Below, piece after piece: positions 38,273-48,540 of a stretch of DNA of 64,000 nt. The position numbers and the translations under genes were made by a program. A model generated the notes under the pieces. That model ran no database searches. It had not been told where the DNA came from and saw only the letters and a list, made by a program, of their open reading frames with translations. Every line of letters starts with the position of its first letter. The stretch's first letter is position 1. Source of the stretch: a virus (lineage: Duplodnaviria > Caudoviricetes); IMG/VR virus record IMGVR_UViG_3300024346_000030, positions 22,968 through 86,967 of that record; one strand, given 5' to 3'.

Positions 38273-40122
38273 GAAAAAAAACAATACTTCTACATTCTAA
38301 TTTCTGCAAAGCCCTCACTGGTTTTGGTAAAAACAAAAAAAACATATTAAAATATCTCTATAAGACAGGTAAATATAGAATTGTAGAGGCGGCTAACGGT
38401 AGGCCTATGGGAAGCAAAGAACTTGACTGCCTACCTTGGGAGTGCATAGGAACTCTTGACAGAAGAGGCAACGTCCCAGAAGAATCTCAGAGAGAGAATA
38501 GTTATGGAGGTTTACTTATTGATGAAATCATCGAAGATGTGAGGCCAGATGTATATATAGGTATTGAGGATATATGGGCATTTAAAAATTTTCACCACAA
38601 GCCTTGGTGGAATAAGGTAAATACCATGATTTGGACTACGTTGGACAGTTTACCAATATTACCAGAAGCGGTAGAATACGCGCCAAAAATTAAAAACTAC
38701 TATGTGTGGTCTAATTTCGCTGAGAAAGGGTTCAAAGATATTGGTTATGAACATGTGAAAACCTTAAGGGGTTCATTGGATACTGACAACTTCTACAGGT
38801 TAGACGATAATACTAGATCAGTATTGAGGGACCGTCACGGCATAAACAAAAACGACTTCATTATTGGTTTTGTATTTAGAAATCAGTTAAGAAAATCCGT
38901 GCCAAACCTTCTAGACGGCTTTAAAAAATTCAAGAAAAACAACCATAACTGCAAATTACTATTACATACATCTTGGTCTGAGGGTTGGGATATACCAAGA
39001 CTTCTTGAGGAGAAAGGCATAAACAGAAATGACGTATTAACAAGTTACTTCTGCGATGACTGCGGAAGCTACAAAGTGCAGCCCTTCACTTCAGATAAAA
39101 GCAATTGTACTAGCTGCGGTGGTAAAAACAACCATACGACAAACGTAGTCAATGGGGTTAGCGAGAAACAGCTGAACGAAGTTTATAATCTAATGGATGT
39201 TTACTGCCACCCTTTTACAAGCGGAGGTCAGGAGATACCTATACAAGAAGCGAAGCTAACCGAACTTATAACTCTGGTTACTGATTATTCTTGTGGCGAA
39301 GATAGCTGTAGCGAAGAGAGCGGCGGCTTGCCTCTTTCTTGGAATGAATATAGAGAACCTGGTACCCAATTCATTAAAGCATCTACGGATCCAGACAGCA
39401 TTAATCAAATGCTTCAAACAGTTTTTGATATGCCTAATGATCAAAAACTAGAAGAAGGAAAAAAATCTAGACAATGGGTTATTGATAATTTTTCGATTGA
39501 TGTTATAGGTTCTTCTTTAGAGAAGATTATAGATGAAATGCCTTTTCTGGATGATAATGTAGATATTAAGACAGTGTCTTACAACGAAGACTTCCCGTTT
39601 CCAGTAGGTTTAAGTAATGAAGATATTGTAACTGTTTTGTATAAAGAAATACTAAACGACGAAGTAGATACAAATACTCCAGGATTCAAAAAGTGGACCT
39701 CGGATTTAAATAACCGCAAAATATCCCAAGAAGAATTACATAGCCATTTTGTAAAGGTAGCCATAGAGAACAATAAAAATAAAAATATAAACTTTGAAGA
39801 CGTTTTAAGTAAAGATGACGAAGGAAGAAGGATTGCCGTAGTTGTACCTGAAGACAGTGTTGATGTTATTCTTGTTAACTCATTACTTGCCAATTTACAA
39901 AAGAAACACAAAAAACATAATATTTACATTTTTACAAATAAAAGTTATTTCGACCACATAGAAGATAACCCTCATGTTTATAAATGCATACCTTACTCAA
40001 AGTCTTTAAGCAACCCGCTGGTTCTTGAGGGAAGCGGTGCTCATAAAGGTTTTTTTGAGGCCGCATATTATCCTACAGTTACGACAAGATCAATACCATG
40101 CAACAATCACAACGGATTATAA
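38269..40122 (+). CDS. Glycosyltransferase GT4-like with zinc ribbon and C-terminal extension
   Basis: TGFG, IGFVFRNQLRKSVP.LL..F, CDDC/CTSC, YNLMDVYCHPFTSGGQEIPIQEAK. Confidence 0.8.
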   Translation: MRKKTILLHSNFCKALTGFGKNKKNILKYLYKTGKYRIVEAANGRPMGSKELDCLPWECIGTLDRRGNVPEESQRENSYGGLLIDEIIEDVRPDVYIGIEDIWAFKNFHHKPWWNKVNTMIWTTLDSLPILPEAVEYAPKIKNYYVWSNFAEKGFKDIGYEHVKTLRGSLDTDNFYRLDDNTRSVLRDRHGINKNDFIIGFVFRNQLRKSVPNLLDGFKKFKKNNHNCKLLLHTSWSEGWDIPRLLEEKGINRNDVLTSYFCDDCGSYKVQPFTSDKSNCTSCGGKNNHTTNVVNGVSEKQLNEVYNLMDVYCHPFTSGGQEIPIQEAKLTELITLVTDYSCGEDSCSEESGGLPLSWNEYREPGTQFIKASTDPDSINQMLQTVFDMPNDQKLEEGKKSRQWVIDNFSIDVIGSSLEKIIDEMPFLDDNVDIKTVSYNEDFPFPVGLSNEDIVTVLYKEILNDEVDTNTPGFKKWTSDLNNRKISQEELHSHFVKVAIENNKNKNINFEDVLSKDDEGRRIAVVVPEDSVDVILVNSLLANLQKKHKKHNIYIFTNKSYFDHIEDNPHVYKCIPYSKSLSNPLVLEGSGAHKGFFEAAYYPTVTTRSIPCNNHNGL

Positions 40123-40123
40123 A

Positions 40124-41287
40124 ATGTCTCATCTATTAAAAGAATACCAAAACAGTTTAGGTGTCTCAGCAGAGAAGCCTATAATTAACAAGCACTTCTA
40201 TCCCATTACCTGTGAAAAGTTTATTGTTTTTTACAATGATGGCTTTGATAGTGATAAATTTTACCATCATTACGACCTTGTTCTTGGTTTGATATATGAC
40301 TTCGTAGTTGATAATGATATCAAGGTTGTTTTTATTGGCGAAGATAAAGGGTGTCCTCTGCAGGCTGACTTTGTTTTGAGCAACCTAACTTTCAGGCAAA
40401 GTTGCTACGTCATATCCAAAGCTTCTGTTTTGATTTCTAGCGACAACTCGCTTAGTCATTATGCCAGCTCTGTTGGTGTTCCTATTGTAAACCTAATAAG
40501 CAAAAATTATCCTAGCGTAGCGAAACCTTTTTGGTCTACTGATAATAAAAATGCAATTAATATTAGCCCTAAATGGAGTGTCAAGCCATATCTGGTAACA
40601 AAAGACATGGAAGATTCTATAAACACTATACCAGCTGAAAGCGTGGCTAACTCCATTATAGGGTTGATTACTAACTGGACGGCTAAAAAGCTTAAATTCA
40701 AAACCAAACAAACAAATTCAATAAAGTCTCCAAAGGCTGATGTAATACCTAGTTGCGTTATCAATTCAACCGTACTTAATGAGTTTGAATATTTAAATGT
40801 AAGGTTGGATCTTTTAAATGAAGATTTGGATTCGAAAGCTTTGTTGCAGCTATTAGAGAGGCACAAATGCACCTTGTTTACAAAAGACAACTTAATAAAC
40901 ATTGATCCCCTTGCTCCTTACGCTTCTAATATAGAGAAAGTTTGCGTAATCTTAAACGAAGAACCTCCCCAAATAGAAGATTCGTATTTTGAGAAACTCA
41001 GAAGACTAAATATCGATTTTGAATTCTTGGTTGAGAACGAATTAATTCTAGATAAAGTAAGGCTCGATTATTTCGAGCAAATAGTTTCTTTCAAAGAAAA
41101 AGAAATTAAAAAACCAAAAAACACATCAAAAGAAGACAAGTTTCTTTCGTGTCGTTTTGTTATAGACGGTAATAAAGTTTACCATTCTATGGCTCACTGG
41201 AAAAAAGGTCTTGACAATGATGTAAATATAGTAGATAATGATGACTTCTGGGAAGAATCAAATTATTTTTATATTTATGAAGACTAA
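40124..41287 (+). CDS. GT9 (heptosyltransferase)-like protein
   Basis: LTFRQSCYVISKASVLISSDNSLSHYASSVGVPIV is the GT9 signature. Start moved to ATG 40124. Confidence 0.7.
   Translation: MSHLLKEYQNSLGVSAEKPIINKHFYPITCEKFIVFYNDGFDSDKFYHHYDLVLGLIYDFVVDNDIKVVFIGEDKGCPLQADFVLSNLTFRQSCYVISKASVLISSDNSLSHYASSVGVPIVNLISKNYPSVAKPFWSTDNKNAINISPKWSVKPYLVTKDMEDSINTIPAESVANSIIGLITNWTAKKLKFKTKQTNSIKSPKADVIPSCVINSTVLNEFEYLNVRLDLLNEDLDSKALLQLLERHKCTLFTKDNLINIDPLAPYASNIEKVCVILNEEPPQIEDSYFEKLRRLNIDFEFLVENELILDKVRLDYFEQIVSFKEKEIKKPKNTSKEDKFLSCRFVIDGNKVYHSMAHWKKGLDNDVNIVDNDDFWEESNYFYIYED
41211..41239 (+). promoter_or_regulatory. Sigma70-like promoter TTGACA-N17-GATAAT
   Basis: Inside the 3' end of the GT9 gene, upstream of the ATG at 41277. 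Shares TTGACAATGAT with the promoter at 36354. Confidence 0.45.
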
Positions 41288-42113
41288 AACAACAACCAAA
41301 ATGGCTCCAAAGAAAGCAGCAACTAAAAAAACAGCGAAGAAAACAACCAAGGCTAAAAAGCTTTTCGGACCAGATGTTTACAAGAGAGATGAGCATGGTC
41401 TTCTTGAGTGCGTCGATTATGTTTTTAACGATGATGGATCAGTAAACTGGAGGGCCATGATCAAACCCGAGTTCCTCTACCCTAATAAGGGTTGGTTTGA
41501 TATGCGAAATCAAAGCGTACCCACATCTACAGAAGGACTTAAAGATAACCAGCTTTTAATTATGCTGGGTGGAATTAAAGATCTAGCTAGGTTAAGAGGT
41601 TTTCACACCGTAGGTTATGATGTAAGAAACGTAGAAGACGGTTATGTTACCGCTCGTTGTGATATAGAGTGGATTGGCAATTATGAGTCGTCTAATAACA
41701 ATGTCTGTTACGAAGATTATGCCAACGCATCTCTAGAAAACACGGATGCATTTTGCGAGAAGTTCTTAGAAACCATTGCTTGCAATAGAGCTTTTGTTCG
41801 TTGCGTTAGGAACTTCCTTAACATCCACATTGTAGGTGCTGATGAAATCGACAAGTCTGGAAACCGTTCTTCATCAAACCAATCCGCACCATCACCTAGC
41901 ACCGCCAGCAGTACGCCTATAACGCCTTCTGGCTTGCTTGAGAAAACCTTGCAGGAAAAGCACGGCGTAGATTCATTCGACTCATTTAAAGAGATGCTAA
42001 GGGAATTGTGGAAGTCTGGCAAATACAACAATGACGATGTCAAGAATTGGTCTTCCTTTGGTGATATTTCAGCCAAGGAGGCTAGGAAACTTATTAGTGT
42101 GATATCTAAGTGA
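41277..42113 (+). CDS. Rad52/Erf-like single-strand annealing protein with a histone H1-like basic N-terminal tail
   Basis: GYVTARCDIEW...EDYANAS...LETIACNRAFVRCVRNFLNI resembles the Rad52-type core. N-terminus KTKTTTKMAPKKAATKKTAKKTTKAKK. Confidence 0.5.
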   Translation: MKTKTTTKMAPKKAATKKTAKKTTKAKKLFGPDVYKRDEHGLLECVDYVFNDDGSVNWRAMIKPEFLYPNKGWFDMRNQSVPTSTEGLKDNQLLIMLGGIKDLARLRGFHTVGYDVRNVEDGYVTARCDIEWIGNYESSNNNVCYEDYANASLENTDAFCEKFLETIACNRAFVRCVRNFLNIHIVGADEIDKSGNRSSSNQSAPSPSTASSTPITPSGLLEKTLQEKHGVDSFDSFKEMLRELWKSGKYNNDDVKNWSSFGDISAKEARKLISVISK

Positions 42114-42568
42114 TCAAAAGAATAACAAATCCAAAAGAAGCCGATGCTCTAGCTAAAGACATTAGGGATATATTTTCTTCTGAAGAAGACGAATCTATAG
42201 GTCATTATTTCTTAGAACACAACGTCGATTCAATTTTAGAGGTTTTTAATAATAAACAATCTTTATATTGTAGTTGTTTTGTTTGGGCCAACGAAGAAAA
42301 TTCAAAGTTTGATTCTGTGGTTATATTTTTAAGAGATAACAACCCAAAGTTTGGGCGCGAAATATTCACAGAGTATCTATGGCTCTCCAAGAACCCTAAG
42401 ATAGGTTTTAAGTTACTTAAAACAGCAATTAATTTTGCTAGGGCTAATAACTTTGAATATATATCAGTATCACATACAGAGAAAAATCCACAAAAAGAAA
42501 AACTCGCAAAACTATACAATAAATTAGGTTTTAAAAAGGATTGCGTATCATACATAGGAAAATTATGA
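42110..42568 (+). CDS. GNAT-family acetyltransferase-like protein
   Basis: EYLWLS..PKIGFKLLKTAINFAR...LAKLYNKLGFK motifs; GTG start overlapping the upstream stop. Confidence 0.6.
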   Translation: MIKRITNPKEADALAKDIRDIFSSEEDESIGHYFLEHNVDSILEVFNNKQSLYCSCFVWANEENSKFDSVVIFLRDNNPKFGREIFTEYLWLSKNPKIGFKLLKTAINFARANNFEYISVSHTEKNPQKEKLAKLYNKLGFKKDCVSYIGKL

Positions 42569-42726
42569 ACAACAGAATAGCAAAAAAAATCAGAAAAATT
42601 ACGGGTTGCGGAGACAAGATAACAAGAAAAGTATACCGAAGAACTAAAAAACAGTATACCAAGACGCCAAGACACCTAAGACAAAACTTTTTAGATACAT
42701 TAAAAGATATGCTAGGGTCCTCCTAA
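42565..42726 (+). CDS. Small very basic protein
   Basis: MNNRIAKKIRK...RKVYRRTKKQY; ATGA overlap with the upstream gene. Confidence 0.55.
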   Translation: MNNRIAKKIRKITGCGDKITRKVYRRTKKQYTKTPRHLRQNFLDTLKDMLGSS

Positions 42727-42745
42727 TCAAAAGGAGCGTTTTAGT

Positions 42746-45700
42746 TTACAATTCTATTATATCCATTTCAGAGATAAGGGAGGGGTCGCCCTGATTTGAT
42801 TGATTTTGCAAATCAATTACCTGTATGTTTTCTTCTCCTATTTCTGAATCGTAATATCTAGTATTAAAGTTTTGATTATCAAAAGGTAAGCCCTTTGCTT
42901 CTACTCTGCATTTATATTTACCTATAGAGTATAGGTCATCTAATACACACGAAGTGCTTAACAATCCTAACTTGCTAATTCTCTGTCCGTTAGGCAAAAC
43001 AAACTCAACATTGTAACTCGTAGCTCCCACTGAACTGGTCCAACTAGCTGATATGAAGTTATCGTAAACACCTTGAGAATAACCTTGTGATAGAGTTACG
43101 GTTGGTTCTTCTATCTTAATGTAAGAAACTGCCGAAACATTAAACTGATCCTGATAATAACCAAAATTGTCAAAAGGATCTTCAACCGAAGATGGTTTTT
43201 CTATTTGGTCGTATCTATCACTAAGAAACTTAACTGCCTCTACTGTATATTTATTATCGGATTCTTCCCTTGTACCAACTATTTTGTATATTTGATCTTC
43301 TCTGTTTTTGTTTTTAAATCTGTAAGATGTGCCTAAAGGGACAAAAGACAATAAAGACAAAGTGGGATCATTTTGATCTAAGTAAACAAGATCTCCAAAT
43401 TCTTTAGCATTAGTACCAGTTACTTTAAAGTCGTAAACTTGAGTTGCGCTAGTTATATCTATATCAGCTTCGCTGATACCTTGAGTGTAGTCTAAGTCTC
43501 CTTCTACTGAATCCCTGAACAAGCCTTGTCCATTGAAAACAAAAGATGCTCTTCTGTCTGCTTGGGCTGTGTCATAAGTCATTATGTCTGACTCAGATTC
43601 TGTACCAGGGTTTGGATTTGTTATTTCTGAAAAACTAAAAGTGTCCCCCTGAACTATATATTTATCATAAATATTATTATCTGAAAGTGGTGAACCAGTA
43701 GAGAAAACCCAACCAGTTGCGCCTGTACTAAACCAAACAAAACTTTCATTGTTTGGCCCCCCTTTATATAATCCATATTCATTTTGGGGTTCAGAACCAA
43801 CATTTAAATCAGAGAAACCTTCTGTATATCTTTCGAAGCTATAATCTCCAACAAAATTGGAATTAAACGTGTTGTTTGAAGTTGATAAAATTTCAAAACC
43901 ATACGTTCTAGATCTAACAAGGCTTGTTAAATCAGAAACATCCTGTATGTTTTGCTTGGCCACAGGCACATACATAGTTATATAGTCCTCATAATCTCCA
44001 CTAACAAAAGGTTGACTTGTTCTTATTGTGTAATTTTCAGTATCTATTTCTAATATTCTTCCGAAATTGGAATCTAAAGATTTCAAATCATCCTCTATTA
44101 TTATCAAATCTCCAGGAGAAACTAATAGAGACTCCAAGCCTACCACAAACCCAACAGCTTGATCTTCTTTTGTTCCTTGAAAAAGAACATGCCTAGCAAG
44201 TCTGTTTGCTTGTGATTTTGATGTTATACCAAATCCATTTACCGTTTTCTTAAATGTGCCTCTTCTAGAGACATCTTCCTCATCCTCTACATATTCGACT
44301 TTCGTTTTGAATCCGTCGTACTTGTCTATGTAAGGAACTTCTATGGCATTGAATTTTTCATCTCTTTTTAAATTAGAGTAACTAAAAACGCCTTCTTCGA
44401 CCATTGAGTTTGTGAAAACAGCAATAGGGTCTTTGAATCTGTCGTCTGAGAAACTAATCTCTGAATTTTGATAATAAACAAAACCCCTAAATATAGAAGC
44501 GATGGTGTTTATGGAATCAAATATTCTTGTCCCTTGACTGAACATTATATTACAAGCAAACCTTGGTTCTAATCCTCCACGACCATCATCTACGCCCTCA
44601 TAAACTCCATCTTTATTTACAGAGTCGCAGAACCTACCTATTTTATACAAATCCCATTTATTGACCTGTTCTTCTCTTAGGTGTTCCCCTAATCCATAAC
44701 GAGTAGAGACTATCATATCATACAAAATCCAAGCAGGGTTGTCAGTCCATTCGTACTTGAATGTTCCATCCCAATCTCCCTTGTATATTCTGAGCTTTTC
44801 TTGGGAAAGATTGTCTATCTCGTTTTTCTGGTCCCAATATCTTAAGTCTTTGTCATTCTTGTCTGTCGGAAAATAATTAGAAGGTACCCTTATCATTTTC
44901 AACTTGCAATCATAAGTTCTTGTTGGTGGAGATTCAAAAGACCTTGAGTCTATTTTCATTCCAGCTATAGCAGAATATGGATATTCCATCCTTAATGGCA
45001 TTATCTCTGTCACCTTTAGTAGTGTCATTTTTTTCTGAACTAGTATACTTGATGTCTCTGTCGACAATCTAGTTACCCTTATAAATCTTTTGGTTTTTAC
45101 GTCTTCCGATCTACTTGTGTCATTTGGATCGGCTGGGGTATGAGCTGGAGGTAACGGAAATGGGTCAAACAAATCAAAATCTGAACCTTGACAGGAAGAG
45201 TCAGCTTTTTCATCTCGGTTTATTTCTCTAAGAAAATCAAAATCATCTATAGCCGACCTGTTGTCTGGGTTCCCTATATCTAATAGCGCTGGAGATTCTA
45301 CAATAGAACTTATTTTATAAGCTATATCTAATGTAGTTTCAAAATCGCCTAAAGAATTTACATAACCAACCTCAACCTTGAAGTTCATTGTTCCAGGTAT
45401 CCTTGCTCCTGCTCTGAACGTCGGGTCTTCTGGGTCTCCGATATCTTGCTGTACAGTATCCGAAAGTGCGTCTACTCTAAGTGTAATAAAAACTTCGTCT
45501 ACATTGTTGTTGTAGATGATATGAGTTAGCGGTTGAGCACTCTCTTCAAAATTTGGAGCTTTATCGTTCCAGTCGTCAAAACTTTCTCTCCCTTCTCTAG
45601 TCGACCTATCGTCATTAGAGCCTTCTCCTCTTCCTAAAATAGCACTTGTTGATAAGTTAAATTGACCTTGCGGAGAAAGCATTTTAGCACCTTGCCTGAT

Positions 45701-47548
45701 CTTTTCAACTTGACCGCTTTGTCTGAAAGGCCCCCAAAGTTGGCCGTCATATGTAAAATCAACGAATAGCTTTTTAAAATAATCAAGAGAATCCTGACTT
45801 TGTAAACCGTTACGAAACTCACAAAGAATATTGCTGTAATTAAATTTACTGGGCAGTTGTACAAAATTATCATCAGGGTCAATTTCTGCTTTTTCTACAC
45901 TGTATACTTTAAAACCCTTATTGGTTACAAAAAACTGAATATCCTTTTTTGATATCTTGCCTATAAATAAATCTGAATAGGGGCTTGTGATTCCAGGTAA
46001 AGATGTTCTTAGTTGTCTAAATAAGCCAAGTTCAACTAGATAAAACCCTTTTACATTTCCGTTCCAACTTCCATCGTTAGCCATTTCAGGGACAAGTAAA
46101 TTTATTGTCCTGCTACTTATTTCTCCCAATGTTGAATTTCTTACAGAGTCAAGGATAAGTCTCGCATCTGTATTAACTGCTGTTCCTGCTTGGTTTTGGA
46201 ATAAATCTGTTTGTGCCTGATTTAAATAAGCTTCAAGCTGACCAGATACTTTTATACATAAATACGGTCCAACCCTGTTGTTTGATTCTGCATCTGTAAA
46301 CCAATCCGTAAAGCTGGGGTCATAATTACCCCTTACTATGTCTTTTATAGCTGCAGTATCAAGAGTCTGAGTGGTCAGATCAAAACCATAATCTTTTAAT
46401 CTTTCAGTCAAATATGTGTATTCGGCTGACTGTGATGGTGTTATGTTAAGAATTTCATCAGCACCCCTACTAAGTGAACCCTGACTATCAAACATTTCAG
46501 ATATTGTGTTGACAGACATGCCAAAATTAACTTGATATTTAGAATTGGCATTGACTTCTATGTCAATATCATATATCGGTCTACCAGTTTGTGGGTCGGC
46601 TCCGTTCAATGTGTCTTGGTAAACGCCCAAATCCTCCGTTCTTGTATAAAACGCGTTAACATCTCTATCTAAAGACGAGTCTACTATATATCCTCCGCCT
46701 TGACCATCTACAACTATACCAGGAAGATTGTCTGCAGGATACCCTGTATAAGTATTAAAAGGATCAGTTGGGTTTCCATATGGTGCATCTTCAAATTCTT
46801 GTGTTGATGCGTTAAAAACTCGGTCTTTATACCAACCAGTTCCATTATACTTGTCACTAGTTGCAACAAGTTTCCAGAACCCAGGTCTTAAATCAGTTTC
46901 TAATTCATAATTAAGCCTTACTTGGTGAGCGTCCACGAAGCTTTCAGCTGACGTACCCGCATAATTGTTCTCCCATACCAAATTAGAGCCATCTCGAACC
47001 AGCTCTATAATTGATCCATTGTAGGATATACCAAAAACCGCCACAGCTGTTATCGGAGAGGCCAATAACCTAGGAGATCCGATAACATAATCATCTACCT
47101 GATAATAACTAGGTGCGGCTGATGAAGACTGGCTTGCGACGACACCATCGTTTGTGGTTACAACTAAAGCCGCAACAGAATCAAATACTTCTTTTACACC
47201 GCTTACTAGTGCTGGTTGTTGACTTTCGTTTATTTGTCCGTTTTCCCCACCCGCGACTAACTCGTCGAAAGGAACTAAGAAATTCTCTTGGCTTTCTTCT
47301 ACTGGTATACCGTCTAAATAAACGCCTTGCAAAAGATATTCAGGAGGTAATGGATAACCATTTTGGTTTACTAAACCCTTGATTGGCCCATCGCAAACCA
47401 AGTCTACGACTTCTAAATAACTAAATGAAGACAAAACCGAATAAGCCCCTAGCTCTGGTGGCACTAAAAATGCAGGTTTTGGTTTTGGTGGGTCTCCTCC
47501 TCCGAAACCAGCTCCCCTAAACGTATTTTTGAATTCGAAGTGCTTCAT
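42746..47548 (-). CDS. Tail tip protein J (host specificity/central fibre hub)
   Basis: GAGFGGG start, DLVCDGPIKGL, PYSAIAGMKIDSRSF..PTRTY, WDGTFK..WTDNPAWILYD...RYGLG and RFACN, plus a C-terminal FN3-like domain. Confidence 0.92.
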   Translation of the reverse strand: MKHFEFKNTFRGAGFGGGDPPKPKPAFLVPPELGAYSVLSSFSYLEVVDLVCDGPIKGLVNQNGYPLPPEYLLQGVYLDGIPVEESQENFLVPFDELVAGGENGQINESQQPALVSGVKEVFDSVAALVVTTNDGVVASQSSSAAPSYYQVDDYVIGSPRLLASPITAVAVFGISYNGSIIELVRDGSNLVWENNYAGTSAESFVDAHQVRLNYELETDLRPGFWKLVATSDKYNGTGWYKDRVFNASTQEFEDAPYGNPTDPFNTYTGYPADNLPGIVVDGQGGGYIVDSSLDRDVNAFYTRTEDLGVYQDTLNGADPQTGRPIYDIDIEVNANSKYQVNFGMSVNTISEMFDSQGSLSRGADEILNITPSQSAEYTYLTERLKDYGFDLTTQTLDTAAIKDIVRGNYDPSFTDWFTDAESNNRVGPYLCIKVSGQLEAYLNQAQTDLFQNQAGTAVNTDARLILDSVRNSTLGEISSRTINLLVPEMANDGSWNGNVKGFYLVELGLFRQLRTSLPGITSPYSDLFIGKISKKDIQFFVTNKGFKVYSVEKAEIDPDDNFVQLPSKFNYSNILCEFRNGLQSQDSLDYFKKLFVDFTYDGQLWGPFRQSGQVEKIRQGAKMLSPQGQFNLSTSAILGRGEGSNDDRSTREGRESFDDWNDKAPNFEESAQPLTHIIYNNNVDEVFITLRVDALSDTVQQDIGDPEDPTFRAGARIPGTMNFKVEVGYVNSLGDFETTLDIAYKISSIVESPALLDIGNPDNRSAIDDFDFLREINRDEKADSSCQGSDFDLFDPFPLPPAHTPADPNDTSRSEDVKTKRFIRVTRLSTETSSILVQKKMTLLKVTEIMPLRMEYPYSAIAGMKIDSRSFESPPTRTYDCKLKMIRVPSNYFPTDKNDKDLRYWDQKNEIDNLSQEKLRIYKGDWDGTFKYEWTDNPAWILYDMIVSTRYGLGEHLREEQVNKWDLYKIGRFCDSVNKDGVYEGVDDGRGGLEPRFACNIMFSQGTRIFDSINTIASIFRGFVYYQNSEISFSDDRFKDPIAVFTNSMVEEGVFSYSNLKRDEKFNAIEVPYIDKYDGFKTKVEYVEDEEDVSRRGTFKKTVNGFGITSKSQANRLARHVLFQGTKEDQAVGFVVGLESLLVSPGDLIIIEDDLKSLDSNFGRILEIDTENYTIRTSQPFVSGDYEDYITMYVPVAKQNIQDVSDLTSLVRSRTYGFEILSTSNNTFNSNFVGDYSFERYTEGFSDLNVGSEPQNEYGLYKGGPNNESFVWFSTGATGWVFSTGSPLSDNNIYDKYIVQGDTFSFSEITNPNPGTESESDIMTYDTAQADRRASFVFNGQGLFRDSVEGDLDYTQGISEADIDITSATQVYDFKVTGTNAKEFGDLVYLDQNDPTLSLLSFVPLGTSYRFKNKNREDQIYKIVGTREESDNKYTVEAVKFLSDRYDQIEKPSSVEDPFDNFGYYQDQFNVSAVSYIKIEEPTVTLSQGYSQGVYDNFISASWTSSVGATSYNVEFVLPNGQRISKLGLLSTSCVLDDLYSIGKYKCRVEAKGLPFDNQNFNTRYYDSEIGEENIQVIDLQNQSNQGDPSLISEMDIIEL

Positions 47549-48144
47549 AGTATAGTTCCTTTTGAGTAAGAAAAATCTGGAGAATCTGAATAAGAACTGC
47601 CAGCTATTATATCTTTCGGCACTTGGTTTCTTGGAAAGCTTTTAACGCAAGCCTGTATAACTTGAGTACCAACCCTCAATCGACCATAACCCACTGGAAC
47701 GGGTATACCCTGAGCAGCTACGTTTGCTTTATTTGCGAATATAAAAGATTGTTCAAAACCTCGAGCCGTCACACTAATATCTGGTGGTTCTGGAGGTTTG
47801 GGTGCCAACAGCAAAGCTATAGCTAAAGCTACAACAGCTATAACAACAGCAACAGCAACAGCAATAAGTATAGGAGCCAAAGGTCCAGATCCAGTTATCA
47901 AAGGAACTATATCTATAACTTTGTTATGTCCAATCAGCTCAAGCTGTGATTTTTCAGATATTCTCTTACCGTCTACAACGATGGCGTAATTGAAACCTTT
48001 TTTATGTAGGTCTATAATTCTTTTTTTAAAATTTGATCTGTTTGCTTCTATAACCGCGAACGCCTCTCTGGGTTTAGCTATCCTTGCTTTGAAGGAAGAG
48101 CCAAACTCATGCTTTAAAATTCCATGTAATCTAATTGTAGTCAT
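47545..48144 (-). CDS. Tail assembly protein I (lambda gpI-like)
   Basis: IRLHGILKHEFG, IDIVPLITGSG, hydrophobic stretch, and N.AAQGIPVPVGYGRLRVG. Confidence 0.9.
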   Translation of the reverse strand: MTTIRLHGILKHEFGSSFKARIAKPREAFAVIEANRSNFKKRIIDLHKKGFNYAIVVDGKRISEKSQLELIGHNKVIDIVPLITGSGPLAPILIAVAVAVVIAVVALAIALLLAPKPPEPPDISVTARGFEQSFIFANKANVAAQGIPVPVGYGRLRVGTQVIQACVKSFPRNQVPKDIIAGSSYSDSPDFSYSKGTIL

Positions 48145-48539
48145 ACGTACTCCTTAAACCTGTTTATCATTAATACATCTACTTCGTGTTTTTTTGGCAT
48201 ATAAATATTACTTTTTTTATTATTTAATGAATATATAAAAAATGGCAAGCAGCAATTTTCAGACATAACAACATCAAATTCAGATGGTTTTTCGTCTCCA
48301 GATATGTGGCTATGAAACAAAAAAAGAAAATCATTATCTTCCTGAAACAACAAATAATCAACAGGGCTTATAGCAAAATGATTAACTTTGTCATCAGCTA
48401 TGTTTTCGCACTGTCTAACAACAACTGAGTCTCCATTATAACCTACAAAACCACAGATTTCAGTGTGTTTGTTTTTCTCGCAAACCTCTACGATATAATC
48501 TATACAGTCCTTTTCGTTTTTTATTTTCTTGTCTATCAT
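48141..48539 (-). CDS. Tail assembly protein K-like JAB/MPN domain protein (no NlpC/P60 domain)
   Basis: EICGFV, FAISP.DY, FHSH...PSEFD motif; lies between gpL and gpI. Confidence 0.85.
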   Translation of the reverse strand: MIDKKIKNEKDCIDYIVEVCEKNKHTEICGFVGYNGDSVVVRQCENIADDKVNHFAISPVDYLLFQEDNDFLFLFHSHISGDEKPSEFDVVMSENCCLPFFIYSLNNKKSNIYMPKKHEVDVLMINRFKEYV

Positions 48540-48540
48540 C

